This document shows, one piece after another, positions 35,938 to 49,337 of a DNA stretch of 64,000 bases (its first letter is position 1; each line of letters opens with the position of its first letter). Origin of the DNA: Adineta vaga (lineage: Eukaryota > Animalia > Rotifera); NCBI GenBank assembly GCA_021613535.1, contig CP075492.1:682001-746000 (forward strand). The letters run 5' to 3'. The position numbers and the translations under genes are program-made. The notes beneath the pieces were generated by a model. That model did no database searches, had not been told where the DNA came from, and saw only the letters and a list, made by a program, of their open reading frames with translations.

Positions 35938-38354
35938 ACACTTCTCATAATGACATTCTAGCTTTTTATAACTCTTAATAACAAAAACAAAAATTGCTAA
36001 CCTTGTATTTTAAATATTTTTGAAATATGAATTCTCAGTACGTAGTGAAAACGACAACGTTCGTATATATAACTTCTCCTTCCTTCGAAACTTTGTATTC
36101 GTTTTAAGAGCACTTCAGGGTTTTTTTCTCACTAAGCAAGTCAACTTCTAGAGTCAGTAGTGAGTCAACGTGTTATCTTGGCTACTTGAAAAAATCAAGT
36201 ATTACATATCACTTATACTTGGAAGAAACGAAGGAAAAAAATGTTTTGCTTTTTTATATAAGGTGCACCCATAGCAAAATTACAGCACCTCTTATTTTTC
36301 TCTAAGATATACATGGTTAGATGCAGTTTTTCACGCTGATCATGAATATCACCTTGGTTTGTAGATTTGATAAAGTTTTTGTGGAGATATACCCAAAACA
36401 CTGAACAAGTTTTTACACCTATTCAGACTGAAAGGATAGTGACGCATCCTTGGAAAAGTAGATTTCATTATTTATCTGTTCAAATTCCATTCGTATGGAT
36501 ATGATTTTTGGATTCTACAAGTGAAACGAATCCTAGGCAGTTATTTTAGAGTTAGTCACATATTACATGTTCGTCCATAAAATTCATGGGTGGGTTTTTT
36601 TCTAGAGACCGCTAAAGTACATTCAATTGTCAGCCTATTTAGTTTTTTTTTGGGAGGAGATAGAATGTTTCTTCTTGCGTCATTCGACGCGCAATTTGAT
36701 GGAGAACAAAAATACGGCTCGCGTTTTTCCATTTTCCCTTTCTTTCCAAAAGAAGAGGCTTCTTATGTAGTAAGGACTACCTCTTCAAGAAGTCTTAGAC
36801 AGTATTTTGCGTTTTTTGCAGCTAATACAATCTCTAGCATTAAAAGCAATTTGATATCTGAAATCAGCATAAAATTCCGCGTTGATTCGTATAATTTCAA
36901 TGTCATTTTGGGGAACTTCATTTTTTCACATAATTTCTATGATTTCATCTAATATTTATCTCGTCATGACAAATTCTTTAGATCAGCTGTCATTATGGAA
37001 GATTATACAAAAAGTCTAAAAATACTGAAACAGCGGTGATATTCGATTTTGTCAAAAAAATTAACTTTCACCAATGATATACATATATGGAATAGTTTTT
37101 GACATGAATCAATAGTAGTGCCGCGTCTCCTTAGTACTTTTGCACCTTTTCTTAGCAAAAATGACTGATTTTTAAGATTCTATAGTTAACTTGTATGATT
37201 AGCAGGGCACGATACCTATGCCCTGCCCTGCCCTGTGGACACCTCTGATATGAATCAAACAAAAACGAACGATTATCATGGATGAAATAGTCTTGTTCAA
37301 TTAGTTAGTTACGGTCATGCGTTTATCATTAAATATCCGATCGGAAAAAAACTGAATTCGATACAAAATCAACGACTGGTGGGAACACACCATTAGCTGT
37401 TGCAGCGACAAAAGAAAACATAGGTTTAGTCCGATCATTCGTGTGTGGTAGGTGTTTTTTAACAAAACATCAATCATATTAGCAGTCGAAAATGAACATT
37501 TCAATATGGTTGGATTTCTACTTGAATTATATCGTGATGAGACAGTGTTCATTGATTTGGAATTCACCCTCACACCACAGATACTCACCTAGCAGAATAG
37601 TGCCTGAGAATCGTTTCTCAGGTTTTTGTGATTTGATGAATCTCAGAAAAGTCATCGATTATATCTATTTTGATAATGCTTGAAGGTAAGACAATCATCA
37701 CGAAAACATTTTCTAGACAGCATCTATAAATATTGATCATCTTTATTTATTCTCATGATTTAAAGGTTCAAGGAATATATGCACTTGCATCCAACCGAGA
37801 ACTGATCATCGTCACCAATTGGAAATTGTTCGATCAATATAATGTATATGTCTATTCAGTAAAAAATGTCGGAATATTGTTAGACAGAATTTCACTTCTC
37901 GTTAAAATTTCTACGAACCCGAGACAATCAAGTAAAAGCAGAAAAAACCGCAAGGATGTATAGGGTGAATGATGATCATAAATTCAAACTTGAAATGATT
38001 TAGTTGGTAAACGGTCTATACTGCATCGCATCCTGTTTTCATCACCCGCTGATGTTTATTATCCCTATGTTTGTCGATGAATATCACATGTTTTTTATGA
38101 TCTATATATAAATTTGTGCATTCTTACTTTATCAATCTTGTTTTTTCTTGTGATTTTTGTTTGCCGTACTTTCAGTGATAATAATATCTCTCTTAATTTT
38201 TTAGATCACTGATTTAATCGAAATGGATTTCTAATTATATCATATTGACGGAAAACATTGTTTTATTTGGTAAGAAAAAATATTTATTAATAAGATCGAA
38301 ATGTTCAGGTACTTTCAATGAATTTTTCTTAGAGGAATATTATCCGAAAAGCGG

Positions 38355-39151
38355 ATGGACTATTCTGATGAAGAAGACGAGCTGCGTTCATTACAATCAG
38401 CATCGAGGACTCCAAATTCAAATCAACTACTAAACTCCAGCAATGTATTATTAAAACGAATGTGTCCTGTTTCAGTATTGGTGATGATTACTTTTATAAT
38501 GCTCATCATACCAATAATTAAATTCATTATTAGCATCATATATCATGGTAACTGTCCAATACGACCATCTATTCCCAATTATATTATCGCATCTGCTATA
38601 ATAGAGATAATCATTTGGTTTTTGATTTTAAAAGTATGAACGTTTCTGTTCCCATTTGATTTTGGACAATATATGAGAAGTGTCATTTTCATTTCTGTGA
38701 CTAGTGCTATCGATTATTCGAAAACGACGTTCGGAACAAAATTCAAAACGGAAAACTAACGAACACATGTTTAGACGCTTGTTGTTGTGAAAAAGTGATG
38801 ATAATCTTTGGATATCTTTATCTATTCTCATTTTGGATCATAACGCTTATTTTACACGTTGCAATTATGATTATTTTAACAATTGTGGTAAGTCATTACT
38901 GTTTTAAACACATATACAGTGACCATCTTCGATATATGACTACATATTAAATTCTATATTTTCGTTTCTAGGGCAGTGTTTTAGTGTTTTCTGTCAGGCG
39001 TACCGTACAGTTTTCAAACTCATCTCTTGCAACATATTGTCATCCGACATTGTATAATTTTACATTCACAATAATTATTGTTTCTGATGTCGTATGTCCT
39101 GTTGCTATCATTGTTCTCATTACTTTTGTGGCATGTTTAATGCGTCCGTAA
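38355..39151 (+). CDS. TMEM272-like multi-pass membrane protein, 3 exons
   Basis: Exons 38355-38633, 38705-38887, 38972-39151 splice in frame; NCPIRPSIPNY and YCHPTLYNFTF motifs. Confidence 0.8.
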
Positions 39152-39226
39152 GATAGTGGAATTATCCATATCGTCGAACAGTGTGTTATGAAGCTTTTTC
39201 TTACTGATTTGGTTTTATTCAACTCG

Positions 39227-39259
<33 letters not shown>

Positions 39260-40365
39260 GAGCTAATTGCAAGTTTATTATACCGTTGTATTTTTGAACA
39301 AATAATCTTTATATCTCGAGCTTTACCAAAACGATGCTTCTAATTTTTTCACCATATAAAGGGTGTCCCACAAGTTCTGAAGCACTTTTAAAATTGTTCC
39401 TTCTCGCATTTAACAAAAGCAAAGTTTTTGAAAGGACAGGGCGTATAAGAAGGGAAATCGGCCCATTCTCAAGTCTATTCACGAAATACATGAAACGATG
39501 CAGAATGAAACGGCGAGTCTTTCTATAACAACCCTAACCTTTTTTGAAAAGAAAATAAGAGTTTGCGGCTATAGACACTGACCTCTATTTTGACCCTAAA
39601 ATATCTCAGTTTTGACGAATTATCGATATCAAAACATATACACTATAGGCTTTAAATAGTCTCATTCGAAAGAGCAGGCGATTCTGCACAAAACCATATA
39701 TGAAATATATTAAAAACTTTTCAAGAAAGCTAACTTCTAGGACTCATATCGGGGTGAGACAAGCTGCCATGACCGGTTTCGAACTTATTAAAGTTCATCA
39801 TCAGATGGCTTAAGTCAAAAATTGATTCAAATGACTCAATTTTAACTAAAAAAGTCAAAATTGATTCATTTTAATCAAATTTAAGACGATTGCACTGTTA
39901 TAAATTGATTATTTAGTTCGAAATCAAAGAAATTGAATAAAAATCAAATTGTAATGACAAAATTAATCTTACCGATGGAAGCCTTGATATAGAAGAAGTA
40001 TTATCTGTAAAGAATAGTTCGAAATGATAATGATAATATAATTATGAAAGTGCACAATTAGAAGCCTACTTGTTAGTGTAGCTTGGTTAAATAATGATGT
40101 GAATGAAGAAAATTTTTGCTTTTTATATGTTAAAAAGAGGAGGAGAGGAGAATGTGAAATATGGCTGAAATATAAGAGAAATTGCGTATTTTCTATGGGA
40201 AGAATACCATTGCCCACCGTTTTGAATGATTAAAGTCCATGGAATGCCATTTTTTTCAGAAGAAATATTGTTGAGTATATTGTCTTTCTTTACAGGATCA
40301 AAGTTTAACTTGGACGTGACTTAATGCTTCAACCTAAATCGACCAGAGATGAATCTGTTCTAAAA

Positions 40366-40533
40366 TGGGTGTGGGTGGGTGGGTGTGGGTGTGGGTGTGA
40401 TGTGGGTGGGGGTTAAGAGTATAGTCTGACCCTAACCCGCACCCACACCCACACCCACCCACACCCACACCCACACCCACCCACACCCACACCCACACCC
40501 ACCCACACCCACACCCACACCCACACCCTCAAG
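40366..40533. repeat. Telomere-repeat palindrome element
   Basis: (TGGGTG)n, core GTTAAGAGTATAGTCTGA, (CCCACA)n CCCTCAAG; core nearly identical to the 34277 copy. Confidence 0.92.
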
Positions 40534-41429
40534 TCAATGTTTGATATACAAATCTCTCTGAAGAAAACGAATATAACTTATATTAAATTGGTTTTACAGA
40601 AAGTGTTCTCATAGTTATGAATTTTGTTTCAAACCGCTTTTGAATAATTAATTGAAAGCAACGGTATTTGATTTATTATTCGTTGCCAAAGAGATGATGT
40701 GAAAAATCTTAATAATGAATATCAACAAATTAGTTTAACGTAGAAGCAAGATGTATAGTTGACTATAATCCAGAGATCCTGGTGCAGGTTTTTTGGTTAA
40801 GGTTAATATACTATCATAATAGCTGTCTACAAGCAACTTCTCGTAAGATATCACAGTAATATCAAATATTTAAATAACAACTGATTAGAAATTCATTATA
40901 CATTGATCGAAAAAGAATAGTTTTTTATCTGATTTTTAACATGATTGCTAAAGATTAATGATGAATTTCATTTTTTTTATTAGCGTTCAATAAGTTTAAA
41001 TGCATTATTAAGACTATTCAACTAGGATCAATTCCTAGCAACCAAGAATAAGTCCGTTGTTTATAGTTCTCAATTTGTTATTGTGATCATAGTTCAATCA
41101 TCAAGAGAGTATAATGTGATGTTTATCTACACAAAGCAACAGGGAGTTCGTTTCAGTTATTAGAAATTTTTTAAGATTAATGCAACAAGAAATGAATTTG
41201 CTTATTTTTTAGCATTACTTAAAAGCCGAATATATTTCGATAAGCAACAACTATTTGTATACTTACTTCGATTTAGTAATTATTAACATGTTTGATTGAG
41301 ATATGAGCGTGTTAATCATTGGATTTAGTTTTGTTTCATAAAATGGAGCGGAGTAAAATTTCAATCATATTAGACCGTTTTATTTTTTTGACAGTACGCT
41401 AATCATGATAATCAGTTCAATTATATATA

Positions 41430-41858
41430 CCCACGAGTTTCTGATTAGTTCCGATGTGCACCAGCAGCTGATCCGATCGGATCTATTTCATATGACACAA
41501 AGAAAATCCGATCGATGGAACTTCTACATCCTTGTAGAATCCGACAAGTTCCTGTCACAGTCATTGGTCGGATTGATCATGAAATCCTGTGTCATGTGAA
41601 CCGACAAATCTTGACCATTTCTGGACGTTGGATTAGCCTGAATTAGTCTAGAAATTATCGGATCTTGAAATCGGATCTTGTCGGTTCCGAATACATGGAT
41701 CTGATCGGACCTTTGCGAATTCGACTAGTAGATTGCAAAGGAAAACAACGGATTATATCGGAATCCGACAAAAAGTAACCGACCGAGTCCGATTGTCCGT
41801 ATTGCATCGGATTTTATACCCTCCCGACAAGATCCGATGTACCCGCTTCGACCTGGGG
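41430..41858. mobile_element. CCC...GGG-ended non-autonomous element rich in TCCGA/TCGGA motifs (CMC/EnSpm-like)
   Basis: TA|CCCA...TGGGG|TA ends and more than 15 TCCGA/TCGGA-like motifs. Confidence 0.55.
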
Positions 41859-41884
41859 TAAATCAGTTCTATTTAACTATGTGC

Positions 41885-41941
41885 ATCTTGAGGGTGAGAG
41901 TGTCAGTATGAGTATCATTCCTCCATTCACATTCTCAAGAT
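41885..41941. repeat. Degenerate telomere-repeat palindrome element with both termini intact
   Basis: ATCTTGAGGGTGAGAGTGT..ATGAGTAT..CACATTCTCAAGAT. Confidence 0.75.
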
Positions 41942-42003
41942 ACTACCGATTAAATCAAAAACGGATACAGAAGTACACGTGTGACTCTCTAGTAACAGTA
42001 CGC

Positions 42004-42945
42004 TTAGAGTTTGCTGAGTTGTGACTTGACTCGCTGAAGACTTAGGTCACAACTGATGACTTGCGAATGATGAGCTGGGAGAGTCTTGTGAAAAATAACA
42101 GATGCTTTTTCATAATATATCGAAGCTAAGTTGAAATCATCGATTGCTTCATAAATGATACCCATGTTAGAATAGATAATAGCAATGTTACGATGTTCGT
42201 GAGGAAGAGATCGAAGCGAAATAGAAAGTGAACGGTTGAAATGTTCGAGAGCAATATCGAATAGACCCAGATATTTATAGACAGAACCAATATTAGTATG
42301 TGTCTCAGCCAGACTATGGTGATCAGAGGGAAGCACTTGTTCATTAAGCGCAAGAGATGTATACAGGTATTCTAATGCTTCTTCATACCTTTTTTGGTGT
42401 CTTCGAATGAGAACCATATTGGTATAACATGCAGCAATCCGATGATGGCGATCCTCATCATCGGTCTTCTCGAAAATATTAACAGCTTTGCTCAGAGATT
42501 CTAGCGCGCTCTCGAGTTGATTCGTTTTCCAATAAACGATACCAAGTTATTATAAATAAAAAGCAATGTCTAGATGATCAGGAGAAAGTTTTTGTCTCAG
42601 TAGTTCGAGCGCCTTCTGATTCCATACAAGACTGACTTCATAGTCTCCTCTGTCGGCAAAGATAATCGCTAATCCTTGATAACTTTCTGCTAAACTAGAA
42701 TAATCGTTCGAAGGTAATTCTTGGAGCATTTTCTGAAGAAATCGTTCAGCTTGGTTAAATTTGCCTGACTCAGACAGAGCACTACCCAATATCAGCAAAG
42801 TAATAGTTGATGTTTTCTTTTTTGTCATGTGTACATAAAGTGCTCGTAAATCATTTTCTTCTTCTCTACAGAGAACTAATCTAATGGTCCATATTCCGTT
42901 GACTTCTTTAATCTCAGTAAGACGAAAGATACTTCCAGCCATGAA
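42004..42945 (-). pseudogene. 5'-truncated ADP-ribosyltransferase-TPR family gene
   Basis: Starts at FMAGSIFRL..IW.IRL.LC (tail of the ART-like domain) followed by TPR repeats; two in-frame TAA at 42547-42552; no upstream coding visible. Confidence 0.8.
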
Positions 42946-43391
42946 TAACGAATACTCGGATCAAATTTATCAATATACGTAATGTAGTAATCTGTTACGT
43001 ATGAAAAATAGTTATATTCTGCATATTTATTGAGCAAATACATGATCCACGAATAAAAAGAAAGAAATATGTGCTAGCATTCTGAAATTATCTTTTCGAT
43101 AGAAAGACGATGATGACTTGTGCGATTATGGGAGATAGTCATTGGTAAAAGAATTACTCACTTCTTCACATGTGATTCACATGATATATACGTATGCTTT
43201 GCACTCGAACAGAAAGAAGAAAACGAAACAAATTTCTTTCTATCCATGTGAGATTTTTTCATCATTAAACTGCGCGCGTGTAAGAGCATTATTTTAAACA
43301 AATACAAAGGTAAAAAAAGACTATAAACATTTCATATTTCTATACAACAAGTTAATAATAACGATTCTTTTTTTTCCTGCCTACTGTAGAC

Positions 43392-44281
43392 ATGCCGTCA
43401 CTATCTTCTCTGTTTCGTAGTATTATTTCATCTGCATTTACTTGCGTTTCGTGTAAGTTAAATTTTCAAATGTGAAAAATATCATCCATATAAAATTTAA
43501 CTGATTTAAAGACATGTGTGATTATTTTTCTTTTAATTTTTCTTCTACAGGTCGAAATAAACGAAGCAAAAAACATCGTAATGATTTAGACGATATCCCA
43601 GACTCTTTATCAAAGCATAAATTGACGAGTGTGAGTCACGTGAATGTTGATGGTAAAAACATTAAGATCGTTGCTACGATAACACAAATGAACGATTCAT
43701 TGAAAAGATTACATTTAATAGAAATGATAGATAATGATAACACTAGTAATACATTTTCATTACAACCAATGGTAGAACAAGATGTTCTATTGTTGCACAA
43801 CAACTCAAATGAAATAACTAACTCATTGGATGGTGAAAATGTTTCAATGAATACAGTTATTGCGCCTATACTTTCTTCCTCTCACACACTCAGTCTTCAA
43901 TCGAATTTATCCAGAACACAATCACATGACGAATGGTGGATCGATGATGATGATGAGATTGAGAAATTATTCGATGAATTATCAACAATCGATTCCATTC
44001 GAACAAAACATAGAATATTAAATCCAACGTTATCCTATGTAAACAATAATACTACTTGTGAAAACAGTAATATGATACTTAACAATCATCTTTCTAATTT
44101 ATCTAATCTGTTAACAATTCACAAACAAATTGAGAAACAAGAATATGAAGAACATCAACAGTTACACGGTTCAAAACCAAATATTTATGAATACGAAATA
44201 ATGAAACAAACACAAAAACAACTTCTAAACAAGTCACAAATGTCAATAACATCAGATGATAGCGAGAAAAGTTATTATTGA
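43392..44281 (+). CDS. Uncharacterised, likely disordered N/S/D-rich protein, 2 coding exons
   Basis: Exon 43392-43452 (MPSLSSLFRS..) ends at GTAAG and splices to the CAG acceptor at 43551 in frame with the 255-aa ORF; AATAAA at ~44309. Confidence 0.65.
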
Positions 44282-45300
44282 TCTCTTAAAGTTGAATCTT
44301 GACTAATCAATAAAATAAGAGTCATATTGTCAAGCATAGACATTTCCTTTCAACAATATAAGTAATATATATCGACTAAACACTTCCATTTACACTTACT
44401 AAGATAACAGTAAGTATTTTTAAGGTTGAAAAATATTATATTTAGAAGCTCATATTATCTGATATAGCTTTGACATAGAGAAGAGAATGATTAATCGCGA
44501 TTTATTCATACAATATTCTACGTAGTAGTATACTATATTTAGTGATAGAACGCGGTGAAAATATCTGTTGAGTTTTCTATAATGTCGATCGAATATAACA
44601 TTTTTTTCTAATTGGGCAATCATTAGAAAGACTAATCCATTGATTCTTTGTATTTGATTGTTATTTTTTCGTTTATATCGGTCGCTTAAGATGCTGTGAT
44701 TTGACTTGTACTGAATTTATTCTTGTGTGGTTACCGATGCTACGGTTCGTATTAAGTGAAAATGCAATTAATAATAACGATCAACTAAATTGGACAACAA
44801 CAGAAATTATCAAACATTTATGAAATGTTTTGAATTGTACAAGGCATTCTCAAAATTTAAATACTCGTTTTTAACAATTACTTCAATATATATTTCTATT
44901 TTTCATCCCAGACAAAATTAGATCATAGGATTCGTCATTTTTTATACGATAAATGGGAATGACAATTTGATGAATTTGAAATATTAATTAAAAAGATCAT
45001 TTCTATAATAATTGATGACAAGACTTTCTTGTATTTTCTTTTAGTGAAAAATAATATCAGAAGAATTCTTTCAATTCTAATCAATCATCTCAATTAGTCG
45101 TGGTTGATTTTAGGTATAGTATCAAAAGATGTCACCGAATGACGTCAATTTATCTACTTATGCTGGACGAAATTCATTGTCCTCCTTTATCATGTTCTTT
45201 TCTTTTTCATTTGTGGTTTGTTTTTTCATTCTCTTCTTTATTGTCTAAAACGGTCGACGATCAAACAAGATTCTTTTGGTTAAATTTCTTCTCGGCAAAC

Positions 45301-46449
45301 ATGAGTGACACTGACAACACAATGTCTCCTGAACGAGCCTTGGATTTAGTAACCAGAGTCTTCTTGAGAGAGTGGTCTTTACTCAAAATGGACGGCATAA
45401 CTGTGATGAAACTCTCAGGAGGATATTCAAATACCATTTGGTTGATTTCTCGAAAAGCATGCAACAATAATTCTACCAGCGACGAACCACATCAAGTTAT
45501 CATAAGAGTTTCTGGTGGAAATCTCATGCGAGACAGTAATCAAGGCTTTTCTCCTACAACTGAAAAGGAAGAAATTATTATCACCAATGGTGCTTCTAAC
45601 TATGGATGTGCACCCAAACTCTATTGTCTCTGTGGTAATTCTATGGTAGTCGAATATATCGAAACTATTAAACTAACACCAATACTCGCATTGGAACCAA
45701 ATATTGCCAGAGAAATCGCAACATCTTTAGCAAGATTTCATTCAATAGACCTACCACTCAATAAAAGAGGATTTAATGTGCTCAAAAAAACTAAAGAATT
45801 CATTGAGAAAGTGCCAATTTCACAATTAAAGTCATATTGGAATGAAATCAAAGATTCTATAAAAGACAAGATCAACAACTTTCAAGATATCGAAGTTTTT
45901 CTCGACTGGAACATTATTGAAGAGTTGGAATGGGCTTTGCTTGTGAAAGACAAAATCAAGTCACGTATAGTAATGAGTCATGGAGATTCAAACTTCTTGA
46001 ATCTCTTAGTCCGAAAAACTGAAGTCGAAGGTAAACTTCAAGTACTTTTGTGTGACTTTGAATTTTCATGCTATTGCGAAAGAGCTTTCGACATCGGTGG
46101 TCATTTTTCCAATTACATCTTCCAATGGAATGAAGAAAACAAACTAACTGGTCATGCTATTCCAAAAATGGATCAACGAAGAGAATTCCTGATTTATTAT
46201 CTTCAAGAAACAAAGAAGCTGAATTACATTCATGATTTTGATGATGCAGGAAGAGATTCCATTGAAAATGTCATGCAAGAGGCAGATTATGGTATTATTC
46301 TTTACTATCTCTACATCCTCGGATTGTTCAGACGATCTTTTGATACTTACATCAAACCACATCCAACTTTTGGAAATCTTTTCAAAATTATGACTGATGA
46401 TTATAAGAAGCTTAAGCATGAATTCATTGAAAAATATCTAAAGATTTGA
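45301..46449 (+). CDS. Choline/ethanolamine kinase, intronless
   Basis: LSGGYSN, PKLY, LARFHS, Brenner motif SHGDSNFLNLL, LCDFEFS, FDIGGHF. ATG at 45301 preferred over the GTG at 45100. Confidence 0.92.
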   Translation: MSDTDNTMSPERALDLVTRVFLREWSLLKMDGITVMKLSGGYSNTIWLISRKACNNNSTSDEPHQVIIRVSGGNLMRDSNQGFSPTTEKEEIIITNGASNYGCAPKLYCLCGNSMVVEYIETIKLTPILALEPNIAREIATSLARFHSIDLPLNKRGFNVLKKTKEFIEKVPISQLKSYWNEIKDSIKDKINNFQDIEVFLDWNIIEELEWALLVKDKIKSRIVMSHGDSNFLNLLVRKTEVEGKLQVLLCDFEFSCYCERAFDIGGHFSNYIFQWNEENKLTGHAIPKMDQRREFLIYYLQETKKLNYIHDFDDAGRDSIENVMQEADYGIILYYLYILGLFRRSFDTYIKPHPTFGNLFKIMTDDYKKLKHEFIEKYLKI

Positions 46450-46629
46450 ACTAGTTTCATTTCGACTAAGACAATTCACGAATGGCTTAGATTATTATGA
46501 TCCAACAATTGATAAAATCCAATTAGTTCAAATTCATCAATCACTTGAAAAATTGTATTATAAAGATTGTTTTTTATTTTCAATAAAATATTTCACTATT
46601 TCTTCATAATTATTGATACCAACCATTGT

Positions 46630-47325
46630 TAATGGTGTATCATCCTTCATTATCTTTAATAATTTAACTGTATTTAAATGTCTTCAATATGCTGCTTGAT
46701 GTAAGGCAGGAGATCCTTTTTTATTCACTGCATTCAAAAGTTTATTTTGATCTAAACTTCATAAATATTTAACAATATGTTTGGATACAATCATAAGAGC
46801 TGTTGAATCATTATACTATCTATATGATATAAATCAGCATTATTCTCTATTAAATATTCAATAATGTCAAATCGTTTATTCTCACATACCAAATATAATG
46901 GTGACATATACAAGCTAAACATTTAAATGTTTGTATTTAACTGCAAGTCAAAATGCTGTCTATTTATGAAAATGTTCAATATCAATTTCATAATCAACAT
47001 CATAGCAGGACGAATAATTTAGTGCATAAACTATACAATAATCAGAATAATTTTCTAATAGAAAACACACGATTAAATCATGTCCGTAAGCAGAAGCAAT
47101 CATCAATGCAATGTAGTATGTCTCACAGGAAAGTTTATCACCATGAATCATTGCATTTAAATAATAATCAAGTTTATCTGATTGAAATGATTTTAAAATG
47201 ATTTGTAATGTATCTATGAAATCGTGCATACATGTTTCATGAATATTCTCCAATATTTCAGAAACAAGATCTGTTGCCTTTTCAAAACCATCATTACGTT
47301 TATAAATCATTTCATAAGAATACAT
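46630..47325 (-). pseudogene. Ankyrin-repeat gene remnant
   Basis: ALMIASAYGHDLIVCFLLE, SPLYLVC..IIEYLIENNAD and GSPALHQAA fragments with stops and frameshifts. Confidence 0.65.
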
Positions 47326-48352
47326 TTGTTTGACGAATATATAAAATAAATTTAAAAATATTTATTATAATTATTAAAGTGAATAAATCTCTTGTTTGTA
47401 GGTATTGGATGAATGTTTTTAATTACACCTCCACTATTACTTCTGATATTTAATTACCTTTGAAAGTTCATAGCTATTCCGTAAAACGTATTATCCGTCA
47501 TTTTCCTAGTCTCTTTCTGTATATCTCTAAAACTATATACCTCAGAAAAGTCCACACCTAACTTTCTCTGTCGTATTCTAACTTTCTGAATGTTTTTAAC
47601 CAACTTTATAACACTAAATAGAGATAAAACTTGCCAGTTTTATTGTATTGTATTCCGTACATTATATCGAAATAAAACTCTTGAGTCATATCTCTACGCA
47701 GCAATAAATTTTATACAAAGTATGTTAATACAGAAACGAACAGAGGGGGAAGACATTTTTCAGAGGATGTACATATAAGTTAATCTAAACCATGATATCT
47801 GTATTTGACTGTTTATAACTATTTATCCAAGATGCGGGTGTGAAAAAAATCTGAATCATTTTCTCGTATATAAAGTTGCTTCGTCAATTGGTTTCACTTT
47901 TGGCACACGTTGCAAATACCTCTCTTCTACAGTTGAGAGTAATGTGAGTCGGCACGACGAACGTTACTTGTTACTAAATTTTCATGGTAATAGAAAAGAA
48001 TGCAAATTTTCTTTTATTTCGAATTTATTCTTAGCAAAACTTTTAATTTTTAATTATATTTTTCTTTTTACATTCTGATTCTATAATAAGACTTGTGAAA
48101 TACAAAAAAAAATATTGAAAACTCTTCATATATGTTTTTTGACTTGACTTGACTTGCCCATCTCTGTATGTGATGAATCTAAATCACCTCATAAAAGACT
48201 TTTTGTTGATGAAAACGAAACGAAACTATTTTAATAATTTTCATGCGTTTGCATATTTACCATCTTGAGGATTTTGATGAATTTCTCTAGAAAATATATT
48301 CCTTCTATTCACTGCCAATATATAAAAAACGATCGTTGAGGGTGTGTATAAG

Positions 48353-48516
48353 TGTTAATGATCTGTCCTTTGTTTATTTATATGCAGGTTCGAATAGAAT
48401 AAACAACCGACTAGTACATACACACGAAAGAGAAATGAATGAATATAGGAAAGTAAAGAAAGAACGAAAGAAATAGATAGATATGATCTTAGTGTATGTA
48501 TACACAGATCGTAACA
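48353..48516 (-). repeat. 3' LTR
   Basis: Identical to 54327-54490; preceded on the minus strand by purine tract GGGGGAAG (48517-48524). Confidence 0.97.
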
Positions 48517-49337
48517 CTTCCCCCGGTTAAGTTAAAAAAATGATGTTTTATCTTTCATTTTTTTTTTATAACATCGAGAAAAACAACACGAGTAATGAGA
48601 AAGTTACAAAGAAATAATCCAGAGAAAATAAATGCATAACGAATAATTGTATGTTGAAGACAAAGAAAGAAAAAATGTTCTTGTCCAGCATATGTTGTTG
48701 TATAGATGCACGAAGAATTAAAAACCGGTTGATTTGTTAGTGATACATCACATAATACAAGTTGACCAGGTTAAATATAGAAGAATAAAAGAAGTAAGAA
48801 CATAACTGAATCATGATAAATCAAGAATATAATTTCAAATAAAGAAAAATGTATTTTTTTTTTTTTGATTAACTAAAGGAAAAATAATGTAATGCTAATG
48901 AATAACCAACTAATGATATAATATCGAGAATAATCGTTATGTTAAACATAATAATAATATTATATAAAGAAATTTATAAACCATCAGTTTTTAATAGAAT
49001 AATTCACTACATAAATATAAGACCATTTTCGAGATACGATAAATCAAATTTCAGAATTAATAGAATTAAAGTCAAATGAAAGATATAACCAGTGAGATCA
49101 TTTTTAAAAATGTGATAAATAACAATGAGAAATTGAATAAGCATTAGCTTGGCCATGACCAATACTATTCATTCTTCAAGTCCATTAAATATCATAAGTG
49201 TATAACTTGTCCAGCAAGAAGATTCTTATGAATGATGTTAATTCGACACAACCATAATTTGACACAAAATAAAGTAATCCACCAACAATAGGTTCAAATG
49301 ATGCTTCAGTAAATTGTTAACATATTTAACAATGAAA

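Noticed and set aside
37202-37247. Lone hAT-like end (GCCCT)3GTGGACACCTCTG; similar (GACTT)3GCCCATCTCTG at 48141-48166
   Set aside because: No partner TIR or TSD found, so the elements cannot be delimited.
34277-40533. True chromosome end or Athena/Penelope retroelement at the telomeric repeats
   Set aside because: Repeats are short, internal and inverted, and no Penelope-type RT ORF is present in the window.
45100-45300. 67-aa N-terminal extension of the kinase
   Set aside because: GTG start and T-rich promoter/UTR-like sequence; ATG at 45301 fits better.
48525-49337. Possible env/ORF3 of the LTR element
   Set aside because: No ORF of 60 aa or more; AT-rich UTR-like sequence.
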